A DNA stretch of 64,000 bases. Origin: an uncultured Gammaproteobacteria bacterium (lineage in GTDB: Bacteria; Patescibacteriota; Microgenomatia; UBA8517). The stretch lies in the NCBI GenBank assembly GCA_964431555.1, contig CAYSJW010000005.1, forward strand, positions 15,215-79,214. Reading direction: 5' to 3'. Of the stretch, positions 20,720 through 30,890 are shown piece by piece (within the stretch, counting starts at the first letter, position 1; each line of letters starts with the position of its first letter). The notes beneath the pieces were generated by a model, which was given only the letters and a program-made list of their open reading frames with translations, was not told where the DNA came from and did no database searches. The position numbers were made by a program, and so were the translations under genes.

Positions 20720-21109
20720 TATTGATGTATCAAAAGAAAAGAAAGTTTTTCTTTCTCTAGGAAAACAAATCTATTCATTCCGTAAAGCCCTTCAGAATTC
20801 ATAGTATTAACTCACTGCTTACAACCAACTGCCTACTACCTACTACCAACTACTTTACTGCTATCTGCCCACTGCCTAACGTATTACCGTTTCTCTACCC
20901 TCTATCAAGGGAAAATTACGCCAAGGTATTGGCGAATCAATCCAACAAAGCCCTACGGCGGAGTTGGAAAATACCCGGAGCTGGCCGAACCAGTTTTAAA
21001 TCCTCTTTCTGTTTGCCAAGAGCTGGCACCAAGGTCGCTAAGCGATCGCGCAGCTCCCCACTAGTAAAGTGGCAATTGAAAGAAGAAAACCAAGCAATAG
21101 GAGGTTTGA

Positions 21110-21531
21110 TAATGAACACCAAACGGATGTTTTTACTGGGTATAGTTGCCCTGTTGGTGGTCGCATTCGCGACCGGTACGGCATTGTCAAGCGGAGCCGC
21201 CGACATTACCGTTGTTTATGAGGACGACTATATGGTCGTCTATCAAGACGGTGATTTCGGTAACCGTATTGCGCTGAATAAAGCGGGAGGCGTGGATGCC
21301 TACTGTCCGTGCGAGGACGTCTGTCCTTTAACCGCACAGGGTGCTCCGGCAACCGCAACGCAACCGCCGCAGACAACGGCAACCAGCCAACCCCCATATA
21401 ACGGGGTGTGGATTCATCACGAATCCCAGGGCGTTGGCGACCAAAGCTGGACGCGCTGCATGCCACCGAGTGCCTGGAATGGACACAGTCCCCACGAAGG
21501 GGACTGGCTCGGTGGAGGTTGCTACCGCTAA
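21110..21531 (+). CDS. Secreted Cys-rich hypothetical protein in a GC-rich islet.
   Basis: MNTKRMFLLGIVALLVVAFATGTALSSGAAD signal peptide, then PATATQPPQTTATSQPP and several Cys/Trp. The region 20880..22080 is ~52% GC, and the tracked ORF begins further upstream at 20929. Confidence 0.5.
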
Positions 21532-22185
21532 TCGTCATTCGGGGTAACCCCAACACTAAGTCAGTTGGAAACTGACGACAAGGGTTACCCCACCCCCTCT
21601 CCCTTGTACCAAGTTTTACTTGGTGAGAGGCTCATCGATCGATCGAAAGATGGGTAAAACAAGGAAAGCGGGGCTCGCGAAATGGTAATTTTGCCCTCAA
21701 GACGCTTGCGTCTTTCGTCTTACGCAGACGATTAATGAGTGGCGATTTAGCCAATTTGCGAGTATGCGGACTGTTTATGAGTTGTGTTTTGATTTTAGGA
21801 CGAAACGATAACCGTAAGGTTATCAAATCAAGTAGCCAAAAAGCTACAAATCCAAAAAATCAAATCCAACCCCCAAAATAGTCCCCCCGCAATAGTTAGT
21901 TTTCGACCAACAGTCGAACTGAAGAGATCTTGTCCGATAATTATCGGAATGCGATCGAAACTATTAAACAAATTAATTAGTGTGTCGTAACTGATCCCAG
22001 CACAGAACTTACTTGCTCCCGAGTACTACGTGCTCGCGTCACAAGAGCGTTTATGCGGGACAAGTGAGACCGAAAGGTTGAAACTAAAAAAATAGTTTAG
22101 TATTTAGTTATTAGTGGTTAGTATTTAGTTTAAATTACACCTTAACAATTTATTCATTGACCAAAAATCACGGAAGTGGTTTAAT

Positions 22186-22671
22186 GTGGATATGGGAAAA
22201 GGCAAAGTGTTGACCAAAAAAGATGCTGAATTTTTAAAACAGGAATTCAAAAGTGTCTTTGCAACCAAAGAAAACCTTAAGATTTTAAAAAAAGAAATCG
22301 CCAACAGGGTGACAAGGTCTGTTGTTCCTCAAGTTACAAGGTCAGTGGTTCCTGAAGTTACAAGATCTGTCGTCCCTGAAGTAGCTAAGGCTGTCGTTCC
22401 TGAAATAGCGAAGGCTGTTGTTCCTGAAGTAACTCAAGCAGTTATCCCTCAAATTAAATCCGTCGTAAAGCTTGTAATTTCTGGGGAGTTAACAGAACAA
22501 GAAGAAAAGTACGAAAAGAAACTTGAAGAATTTAAGAGCGAGTTCTTTGACAAGGTTGACCTGATTTTAAAAGAAATAACAACGGTACAGGAAGAAAGAC
22601 CTTTGATTGAAAGTCGACTTGAAGCCCTTGAAAAAATTCATCCGCAAGGTAAACACGTTCTTTCATCCTAA
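22186..22671 (+). CDS. Tandem-repeat / coiled-coil hypothetical protein.
   Basis: Seven tandem 27-bp (9-aa) repeats VTRSVVPQ/VTRSVVPE/VAKAVVPE..., followed by a charged predicted coiled-coil C-terminus. Confidence 0.55.
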   Translation: MDMGKGKVLTKKDAEFLKQEFKSVFATKENLKILKKEIANRVTRSVVPQVTRSVVPEVTRSVVPEVAKAVVPEIAKAVVPEVTQAVIPQIKSVVKLVISGELTEQEEKYEKKLEEFKSEFFDKVDLILKEITTVQEERPLIESRLEALEKIHPQGKHVLSS

Positions 22672-23028
22672 TCACCCTTTAAAACCAAATCCCGTGTGTT
22701 TTCCTACCCGCAATGCCTGAAGCATAGCCAATGAAAACTGTCTGTGCAGGATTTGAAAAACGATTTTAATGGACCTGCACTAATTATTCAACTTGCTACA
22801 AATAAAAAAATTATTTAAATTTGATTGAGTAGGTTTATAATTAAAACATAGCTACCCAAAAGCGTGGGGGTAACCAAAGGTAAAAAACATAACCTAAAAA
22901 ATTATGTTACCTCTAAAGCAAAGTCCTGTACCGAATGGTATGGGACACTCCGCCGTCCTTGGGTAAAATCAAGGAAAGCGGAGAAACCAAAGGTTGCCTC
23001 CACACTTTTGGGGATCCAAGATTAGGAT

Positions 23029-23679
23029 TTAGTTTTGCGAAGATAAAATTGACTCAATTTTATTTCTGTTTTTTTCATTATCATCAGCATTAACTACTAA
23101 AATTACTTTTTCTATTTTTGAATCAGGTCTATCTTTAAAATAGTCTTTGATACCTCCAATAATTGATAATAATCGCGGCCTAAAAGTTTCCGGAGTAATC
23201 TCTCCAAATAAAGGAACTGCCACCGTCTTCACTTCAGCAGTACTTTCAGCCACCTCCAAAGAATTTCCAACTGCCAACCTCACTGGATCTTGACTTTTAC
23301 TTTCTCCAGTATTTGATATATTTGTATGAATTATTTTCTTAACCGAAGATCCTTCTAATCCCACCCCAGTTGCCACCGAATATCCCGGAGGAATATGAAC
23401 TTCACCTTTTAAGCCTATTTCTCTTAAACTTCCTTTAAAATGACTTTCTGCCTCTTTCGCCTTTCTAAATGGATCATCCCCAAATTTGATAATCAGTAAT
23501 TCTCCTTCCAAAGAAGTACTAAAAAAACTCCCATCATACGGGCAAACTAAAGCATCAGCTGTAACTTCATCTATTCTTCCAAAACTAATACTAACCTTAT
23601 CCCTCCAAATAGGAGCCTCTAAACGAATTGAACCATCTCCCGTCTCTCCGTTTCCCATACTATATTCTCTCACATTCAC
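23029..23679 (-). CDS. Hypothetical protein.
   Basis: 216-aa ORF with coding-like composition and no secure family assignment. Confidence 0.4.
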   Translation of the reverse strand: MNVREYSMGNGETGDGSIRLEAPIWRDKVSISFGRIDEVTADALVCPYDGSFFSTSLEGELLIIKFGDDPFRKAKEAESHFKGSLREIGLKGEVHIPPGYSVATGVGLEGSSVKKIIHTNISNTGESKSQDPVRLAVGNSLEVAESTAEVKTVAVPLFGEITPETFRPRLLSIIGGIKDYFKDRPDSKIEKVILVVNADDNEKNRNKIESILSSQN

Positions 23680-24222
23680 CTAAATTCACAAAATCACCAA
23701 TTCCTCAACACCGGGAGTTGATCAGCTTCCAACAATGGGTCTTTTAGATAAAGTGAGTTGTTGGTTGTTAGTTGTTAGTTGTTAGTTGTTAGTGGTTAGT
23801 GGTTAGTTATTAGTTGTAAGAGGTATGGAATGAGGAGTGAGTGGTGGGTAGTGGGTAGTGGGTTGTGGGTTGTGAGTAGTGGGTGGTGAGTTGTGATAAA
23901 TAGATATAGGAAGTTAGAAGTTAGTAGTTAGTATCTGGGAGTTGAGGAAAATAAACCCAAAACACAAAATTCAAAATTGTAATAAAAATTTAAAAATTAT
24001 AATTATTAATATAAAGTAGAATCATTAACTATTAACCATAAATTAATAATAATTTACAGGTTTTGAAGTTTAGTATAAAGCTTTCAAGATTTAGCTTTTG
24101 AGACACAAATATTCTCCATAATAAAAGACCAACGCCATATAAAGATTCTGAATAGCAATTTTATTCACTACAAAGTATTTTGACTGGAAAAATAGTTCAA
24201 TACTATAATATCAAATTACAGC

Positions 24223-24792
24223 ATGAATCCGGAAAGAAAAAGGCAAACAACCTTAATTTCCACAGAGCTTGGGTTCACAGTATTATGGTTATATCTCGCA
24301 TGTTTAAGTGGTTGTGAGGAAAATCGACAACAACTCTCAACATTAACTCCTCCTCAACCACCAGGTGAATCATCCAAGGGTCGAGACCTTCTTCCAACTC
24401 TCCCATCAGTAAAGCCAGAAACAAGAATGGAAGAACTAGTCAACCAAATTGAGGAAGAAGGCTATAATTGTGAGCCGATTCCAAAAGGTAGTTGGCTAAC
24501 CCAAGAACTAAGAAAAAGAGGAGCTCCAGGGATCGATGAGGGACCATACAAAATTATCCGAAGAGGTGGTAAAGTAGAAACCTTTGAAACTTATGATCAG
24601 CTTCCTAACCTAGTTTATCCAGGTGAGCAATTTTGCATCAAAGAAAATGGCAGTTCCTCGATTATCCCCGGAAAAAATCATGGAGTTATTTTTGAATGGA
24701 ATAATATGCCTTTTGTAAGAACACAAAATAGGGCTTTCCAACAAAAAAGTCAAGAAATAACATCTAGGCTCCGCGCAAAACAAAGGTTCTAA
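24223..24792 (+). CDS. Putative lipoprotein.
   Basis: N-terminal h-region followed by the lipobox LACLSGC. 189 aa. Confidence 0.5.
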   Translation: MNPERKRQTTLISTELGFTVLWLYLACLSGCEENRQQLSTLTPPQPPGESSKGRDLLPTLPSVKPETRMEELVNQIEEEGYNCEPIPKGSWLTQELRKRGAPGIDEGPYKIIRRGGKVETFETYDQLPNLVYPGEQFCIKENGSSSIIPGKNHGVIFEWNNMPFVRTQNRAFQQKSQEITSRLRAKQRF

Positions 24793-25079
24793 AATCTCAA
24801 AAAATCCCCTAGTCAAATTTATATTTTGACATCCAAAATATGACTGGAAGCGGTCCCCGTTTTATCACAGTCAAAACGGCGAACTTAAAAACTGGGTGCT
24901 ATCACCCCTCTTTCGCAAAAAAGCAAAAAGAGGGTTCCCGTGAGAACTCCTTAGAAAGGAGGTGATCCATCCGCTCCTTCCAGAACGGATACCTTGTTAC
25001 GACTTAATCCTCATCGCTGGTTTCACCTTCCCCTCCGACTCGGAGGGTTCGGGTGCCCCCAACTTTGCTGACTTGACGG

Positions 25080-25951
25080 ATTGCACTTCATCGAAGTTAT
25101 CGTGCGTTCCCACTAAGCGAGCGGCTTTCCCGCACTTAGCGAGCCGTAATGCTTATTCATCTCCAGCTTCAATTTCCTAATAAAAGAGAGTTCTTTTTCA
25201 GAGAGCTTACGCACATCCTGCCTTCCCTTAACTATCTCGGCTATTTGGCAAAAAGCATTAAAACTTTCCGCTTTATAGCCCAAGAGTTTATGTCGTTTGA
25301 AAAAGGGTATTATGACATTGTAAATATCATCCCTTTTTGTAAATTCAAAGACCCAAGCAGGAAGACGACCCACGCGCCTAGCACTCTTTTGATAAACAGT
25401 CCCTACGTTGAAAAATTGCTGGACCTTTAAAAGCAATGGTTTATTTCCTTCAGCTTGAGTAATGAAAAATCGTAAATCGATTCTGTTATCAGCTCGAATA
25501 GATACAAGGAAACATCCCTCACCTTCTGTCAATCCAACAACATATGAAGCTGGAAGCATTACGTATTTCCCTTCGATAATGCCAGTATACGAATGTTTTC
25601 AATATACTGTCAATTATCTACTATGGAAATGCTGACTTCCTAAAAGGCAATTACTTCGTTCCTTTTAGGATCTCCGTGGGTCATCATATATTCTATTCCC
25701 GGCATGAACAAATTGCTTTTACAAACTGGCTTCCTTCTGACCGCCCAGCAGAAGTCGCCAAGCATTTTCATTTTGTCCCTGCCGTTTGCCTCAGGCCCTC
25801 CGTTCTATCGGTTACCCGTAAAAGCAAAGTTTATACTTTGCAATAGAACTGCCAATTTTTTGGCTACATTTCAAGTTGGTAAAGGTTAACCATCAAGAAA
25901 TGGTAAGATTTTAACTTACTAGAATATATGACTGCCACGCGCGCATTTATT
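25080..25951 (-). mobile_element. Group I intron in the 16S rRNA 3' domain, inserted after GTACACACCGCC, carrying a LAGLIDADG ORF.
   Basis: 16S collinearity stops after ...GGGTCTTGTACACACCGCC (plus 25952) and resumes at CGTCAAGTCAGCAAAGTTGGGGG (plus ~25079). The ~870-nt insert contains ORF 25113..25559. Confidence 0.85.
25113..25559 (-). CDS. LAGLIDADG-family homing endonuclease (intron-encoded, in 16S).
   Basis: MLPASYVVGLTEGEGCFLVSIRADN carries the LAGLIDADG-type motif VVGLTEGEGCF. 148 aa. Confidence 0.9.
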   Translation of the reverse strand: MLPASYVVGLTEGEGCFLVSIRADNRIDLRFFITQAEGNKPLLLKVQQFFNVGTVYQKSARRVGRLPAWVFEFTKRDDIYNVIIPFFKRHKLLGYKAESFNAFCQIAEIVKGRQDVRKLSEKELSFIRKLKLEMNKHYGSLSAGKPLA

Positions 25952-26414
25952 GGCGGTGTGTACAAGACCCGAGAACGTATTCACCGCGACTTTGCTGATT
26001 CGCGATTACTACCAATTCCGCGTTCATGAGGGCGAGTTGCAGCCCTCAATCCCCACTGAGAAGCCGTTTGATGGGATTAGCTCCGCGTTACCGCTTGGCA
26101 ACCCATTGTCGGCTCCATTGTAGCATGCGTGTAGCCCTGGACATAAGGGCCATGCTGACTTAACGTCATCCCCGCCTTCCTCCAAGTTTAACTTGGCAGT
26201 CCCGTATGAACAATCTAACATACGGCAGGGGTTTCGTTCGTTACCCCACTGAAGGGAACACCCCACGGCACGAACTTACGATAGCCATGCAACACCTGTC
26301 CTACCATCCAACTTTCGAAGGATCTGCTACTATTTCTAGTAACATAAACGGTAGGATGTCAAGTCCAGGTAAGGTTCTTCGGTCCGTCTCGAATTAAACC
26401 ACATGCTCCACTGG

Positions 26415-26446
<32 letters not shown>

Positions 26447-27359
26447 TAAACTTGCGTTCGTACTCCCCAGGCGGCTCGCTTAACGCGTTAGCTTGCGCCC
26501 CACGCCCAAAGGCGTAGGGCTAGCGAGCATAGTTTACGGCTAGGACTACAGGGGTCTCTAATCCCTTTCGCTCCCCTAGCTTTCGTTCCTCAGCGTCAAA
26601 CAGTTCATAGTTACCTGCCTTCGCCCTCGGTGTTCCTTGCGATATCAACGGATTTCACCCCTACACCGCAAGTTCCGGTAACCCCTAAATGTTTCGATTT
26701 CTTCAGTATTACCTCCCTTTCCGAGGTTAAGCCCCGGTCTTTGAAAGATAACTTAAAGAAACGCCTACGAACTCTTTACGCCCAATAAATCCGGACAACG
26801 CTTGCACCCTCTGTATTACCGCTGCTGCTGGCACAGAGTTAGCCGGTGCTTATTCTCCGTTCGGTCTCCCTCACGGCAAAAGTGGTTTACAACCCGAAGG
26901 CCTTCATCCCACACGCGGCGTCGCGGCGTCAGACTTTCGTCCATTGCGCACGATTCCCAGTTGCTGCCACCCGTAGGTGTATGGGCCGTGTCTCAGTCCC
27001 ATTCTGGGGGGTCACGCTCTCACGTCCCCTACCCGTCGTAGCCTTGGTAGGCCATTACCCTACCAACTAGCTGATAGGCCGCAGGCTCCTCCTTCGGCGG
27101 ACAGTTACATCCTTTGCTGCGTAGCAGCCAACCATCAACTAACAACAATCAACTCACAACTCTTATATTAGTTGTCTTTTAATTGTTGAAGCTCACAAGA
27201 TGAGCGTGTTGAAAGCTCGCTGCTGCGCAGCGTATGCGGTATTAGCCCCGCTTTCGCGGGGGTATTCCCCACCAAAGGGTAGATTCCTACGTGTTACTCA
27301 GCCGTTCGCGACTATCCGCAGGACAGAACATTCAACAATAAACAAGTAACTGGTTACAA

Positions 27360-27722
27360 CTAACTCTTCTTAAGATACTTCGAAAAACCTCCAAGTTGAT
27401 CAGCAATCTGCTTAGTTTCCTTTATCAACTCATTTTTTAAAGTAGAACTTATAAGTTTAGATTCAAATGCTATATCAATTCCAGCAGTAGTTTCATTTAT
27501 AGAACCTAATGAGTTGTTTAAATACATATTCAATTCTTTATCAGAGTCTTTGCCAGATCCTTCTGCGATATTAAGAACTACAGAGAGACTACTCCTTCTT
27601 ATCTGATCCGCTAATTCCCTATGTTCTCTCGGGAAAGTTTTACTTATCTCAACAACTGACAAATAAAATCTTTTTGCATCTTTATAAACTTTAAACCTCA
27701 TAAATCGAAATGTTTTATCCAT
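27360..27722 (-). CDS. Four-helix-bundle protein (TIGR02436, rRNA intervening-sequence protein) encoded inside an IVS in the 16S rRNA V1 region.
   Basis: MDKTFRFMRFKVYKDAKRFYLSVVEISKTFPREHRELADQIRRSSLSVVLNIAEGSGKDSDKE has the family-defining NIAEG motif. The ORF sits ~70 nt into the 16S, between inverted flanks GGTCCGCAGGAC / GTCCTGCGGA that form the IVS stem. Confidence 0.85.
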   Translation of the reverse strand: MDKTFRFMRFKVYKDAKRFYLSVVEISKTFPREHRELADQIRRSSLSVVLNIAEGSGKDSDKELNMYLNNSLGSINETTAGIDIAFESKLISSTLKNELIKETKQIADQLGGFSKYLKKS

Positions 27723-28157
27723 ATTCTTTGTTAATAATTAATAGTTACCAGTCGCAAGTTACAAGTTGATCTGTTCGGTCCTGCGGACCGTCCCACTTGC
27801 ATGCTTAAGGCACGCCGCTAGCGTTCGTCCTGGGCCAGGATCAAACCCTCAAATAAGTGACGAGTTTATACCCTAGTTGCGTATAAACAGCAACCAAAGT
27901 GTAGTTCGTCTATACGCCGGGTGTCAAATGACACCCGATCAGGTACCGAATGGCACCTGACTTCCAGTCATATTTTGAATGTCAAAGAGCAAAAATCAAA
28001 AAACCCACCAGATGGTGGGTTAATTTTAAGTTCCCGAATTAACGGAAAACCATCTGGCTCTTATTTCTTCATAAACTAAACTCAAATCAACTAAATGTAT
28101 TGAGCATATATAGTATATCAAAAAAATCAAACGAGTCAATTATAAATTTTTAGAATT

Positions 28158-29225
28158 TTAAATATCACCACTTCCAAAAAGTTTCTCAATGACACCAGCT
28201 CTCCAAAGCTGATGCCTAAGCGTTGTTGTTATACTCTGACCTATACTATTAACTGAATCATCACAATTACCTATCGAGGATGTTTTTGCCTTCAAAACAC
28301 TTGTAGAATGACACAAAATTTCGGCAAAATTAGTTACAAACAAAGGTAACCCTCCAGTTAAAGCCAAAAATTCATATTCACCTTTTATTCTCTTAATAAC
28401 TTCCCGAGGAGAACAACTTTGCTTTTCTGCAATATGCAAAGCATATCCCCAAAGATTTGGAATGCCCAATTTTTTATCCAAAGGGTACCCAACTACATCA
28501 TCCCGAACTTTTAAATTCATCTCCGAAAAATGAAGAGTTGCAATTCTTGAGAAAGTTAGTACCGAACTATAACTTTCCATCATGGGACAAACAACACTTC
28601 CACCACTTATTGTAAAAAGTGAGTACTTCCTTTCAATATCTTCAGTACCTTCACACACCTTTAAAAAATCCATTCCTACCTTATCCAGCACAGAGGGCAC
28701 AACCAAAGATAAACAACCCGCAACATATATGGCACTATCTAATTCGACAAATTTTCTCCACTCATCAGAAGAAAAATCCCCTCTTTTTTGGGAAAGAATT
28801 AAGAAATCACCAATCAAAGCTTGAACTACTTTTGCTTCTCTAGAATCATCCCCATATTTCTCATTAAAATTCCTAATTTCCTTTTCCAACCAACTAGAAG
28901 TTTTTTTCTCAAGACTCAATAAACCCTCCTCTTGATTTGGCAAACAACCATTTTCTCTCCTTAATTTTGCCGACACTCCAATATCCGCATATTCATTCGC
29001 CGAAATTAAAACAGGGGCAAGATTCCCAAGCAGTTCAAGTCCCCTATTTTTCCCTTCTTTTTTTACTTCCTCCGGAAAGACCATGTTTATAGCATTAAAT
29101 ATTGCAAGCGCAGTTCTAGGTATCTCAACCTTTTTACCTTCCAAAATTAGTCTTAAATAAATTCCAATTGATTCAAACGAAGAGTTTATGGCAGATCGAG
29201 GCGAAATTTGTATTTTTCTTTCCAT
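28158..29225 (-). CDS. Hypothetical protein (355 aa) immediately upstream of the 16S leader.
   Basis: Long ORF with coding-like composition and no recognised motifs. Confidence 0.5.
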   Translation of the reverse strand: MERKIQISPRSAINSSFESIGIYLRLILEGKKVEIPRTALAIFNAINMVFPEEVKKEGKNRGLELLGNLAPVLISANEYADIGVSAKLRRENGCLPNQEEGLLSLEKKTSSWLEKEIRNFNEKYGDDSREAKVVQALIGDFLILSQKRGDFSSDEWRKFVELDSAIYVAGCLSLVVPSVLDKVGMDFLKVCEGTEDIERKYSLFTISGGSVVCPMMESYSSVLTFSRIATLHFSEMNLKVRDDVVGYPLDKKLGIPNLWGYALHIAEKQSCSPREVIKRIKGEYEFLALTGGLPLFVTNFAEILCHSTSVLKAKTSSIGNCDDSVNSIGQSITTTLRHQLWRAGVIEKLFGSGDI

Positions 29226-29321
29226 TTAAGGAAGAGGTATGTTTCATCCTCTAAAGTTCAAAATTAACTTCTCAGCCACCAATCCATCATAACTTTTTAT
29301 TAAATTAAAATAAGAAAATAA

Positions 29322-29966
29322 CTAAACAGAACTTTTCTTAAACCACCTTTTTTTAATATAACCATAAAACATCGGAATAATTGAAATCAAAATTATTACC
29401 ATAATCACAAGCGAGAAATTGTGCTTGACTTGAGGAATATTACCAAAAAAATAGCCTGAAATCGTAAAAATAAAAATCCAAGAAATACCGCCAATGACAT
29501 TATAAGAAATAAATCTGCTATAGTGCATCTTACCTATTCCGGCAACAAAAGGAGCAAAGGTTCTAACTATCGGTACAAAACGAGCAAGAATAATCGTTTT
29601 TCCGCCGTGTCTTTCAAAAAAATCCTCTGTTTCTTTAACATGCTCTTTTCTTATGGGAATTTTGGGATTTTCAATAATCTTTCTTCCAAAAAAATGTCCT
29701 ATCCAATAATTAACCGTATCTCCTAATATCGCAGCCAAACAAAGAAGAAAGACTAAAAAATAAATATTCAAAGAACCTAAAGCAGCAAAAGCACCCGCGG
29801 CAAAAAGCAAACTGTCTCCCGGTAAAAAAGGTGTAAATACCAAGCCGGTTTCAACGAAAATAATCACAAAAATTATAATATAAGTTGCCAGTCCATACTG
29901 AGAAATTAGTTCTCCAAGATGAGTATCAATGTGCAAAATAAAATCAATTATCGAAAAAATAAACAT
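29322..29966 (-). CDS. DedA-family membrane protein.
   Basis: [24 protein letters not shown] and [24 protein letters not shown] match the DedA/SNARE-associated signature. Confidence 0.8.
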   Translation of the reverse strand: MFIFSIIDFILHIDTHLGELISQYGLATYIIIFVIIFVETGLVFTPFLPGDSLLFAAGAFAALGSLNIYFLVFLLCLAAILGDTVNYWIGHFFGRKIIENPKIPIRKEHVKETEDFFERHGGKTIILARFVPIVRTFAPFVAGIGKMHYSRFISYNVIGGISWIFIFTISGYFFGNIPQVKHNFSLVIMVIILISIIPMFYGYIKKRWFKKSSV

Positions 29967-30044
29967 AAACGAAATTTTATTACATTAATTGAAAAGATAA
30001 CAAGGGCAAATTTTTAATTCTAAGATCTATCTTCACATAATAAG

Positions 30045-30722
30045 TTAGACAAAAAGCTTAATAAAATAAATCGCAAGGAAATGCAAAGGATAAAAAACAT
30101 AAAACAAATATTTCGCCTTAAGACCAACTTTATGGTTGTATGACAAAATAAAAGCCAAAGAAAATAAACCAAAAATGTAACCCAGATCAACTTTAGAAAA
30201 ATTCAATCTATCACCTTCTATTCCTGAAAAAAACGATGCTAAAAATGCAAGGATAAAAAAAGACAGAATCATCTTTTTTTTGTCATTAAAGGTAAGATAA
30301 AAAAGTAAAGGAAGAATAACTCCGTAAAACCTATAATCAATGTTTAAAATACAAGAAAAAAATAAAACCGCCAGAAGCACAAATATAAACAAAGTATTTT
30401 TTTTCGCCTCTCTTACTGCAAAAATTAATAAAAGGGAAAGAAAAAAGGTAAAAAGAATGTTTAAACCAACATTTTCAAGGTTGATAGAATTATGCGCAAG
30501 ATTATAGGGAACCTGCGATAAAAAGGCAAAAATTAAAATACGGATAATATAATTTTTAATATTTTTGGTGTAGTGTGCACCGTTAGCAATCAAAAAAGAA
30601 AATAAAGGAAATGAAACACGGCCTATTATTCTCAAGAAAGTGTAATTAGGTAAGAAAAACAAACCAATGTGATCAACAACCATTGCCAAAATCGCCAAAA
30701 GCTTTATCTGAAAAAAACTCAT
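30045..30722 (-). CDS. TraX-family membrane protein.
   Basis: The N-terminus KLLAILAMVVDHIGLFFLP resembles the TraX (l.MliDHig) motif; polytopic. Confidence 0.55.
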   Translation of the reverse strand: MSFFQIKLLAILAMVVDHIGLFFLPNYTFLRIIGRVSFPLFSFLIANGAHYTKNIKNYIIRILIFAFLSQVPYNLAHNSINLENVGLNILFTFFLSLLLIFAVREAKKNTLFIFVLLAVLFFSCILNIDYRFYGVILPLLFYLTFNDKKKMILSFFILAFLASFFSGIEGDRLNFSKVDLGYIFGLFSLAFILSYNHKVGLKAKYLFYVFYPLHFLAIYFIKLFV

Positions 30723-30751
30723 CAGATAATTTTACATCAGAAAAAGAAGAA

Positions 30752-30890
30752 AAAGATAATTCCCCAGATCTTTATCGATAAAATTAAATATCCCAATTAA
30801 ATAATTAAATACCCGAAAGGTTTGAACCTATTCAACCCGTCGGGTTTGAACCTATTTTTTCATTAACTCTACGTTTAAATTCAAGAGATT
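30752..30890 (+). repeat. Direct repeat copy 1 (~140 bp) of a hairpin-containing element. It overlaps the 3' end of gene 30832..32118.
   Basis: AAAGATAATTCCCCAGATCTTTATCGATAAAATTAAATATCCCAATTAAATAATTAAATACCCGAAAGGTTTGAACCTATTCAACCCGTCGGGTTTGAACCTATTTTTTCATTAACTCTACGTTTAAATTCAAGAGATT. It is nearly identical to 32391..32539. Confidence 0.9.

Noticed and set aside
21042-21049. The HIP1 octamer GCGATCGC as proof of cyanobacterial contamination.
   Set aside because: There is only one exact copy plus one 7/8 copy. The islet is flanked on both sides by the same heptamer-repeat family as the rest of the window, arguing against a simple chimeric contig. It is kept as a low-confidence HGT finding only.
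20341-23935. A CRISPR array, suggested by the short tandem repeats.
   Set aside because: Units are 7 bp and contiguous with no unique spacers of 25-40 bp, and there are no cas genes. These are minisatellite-like arrays, not CRISPR.
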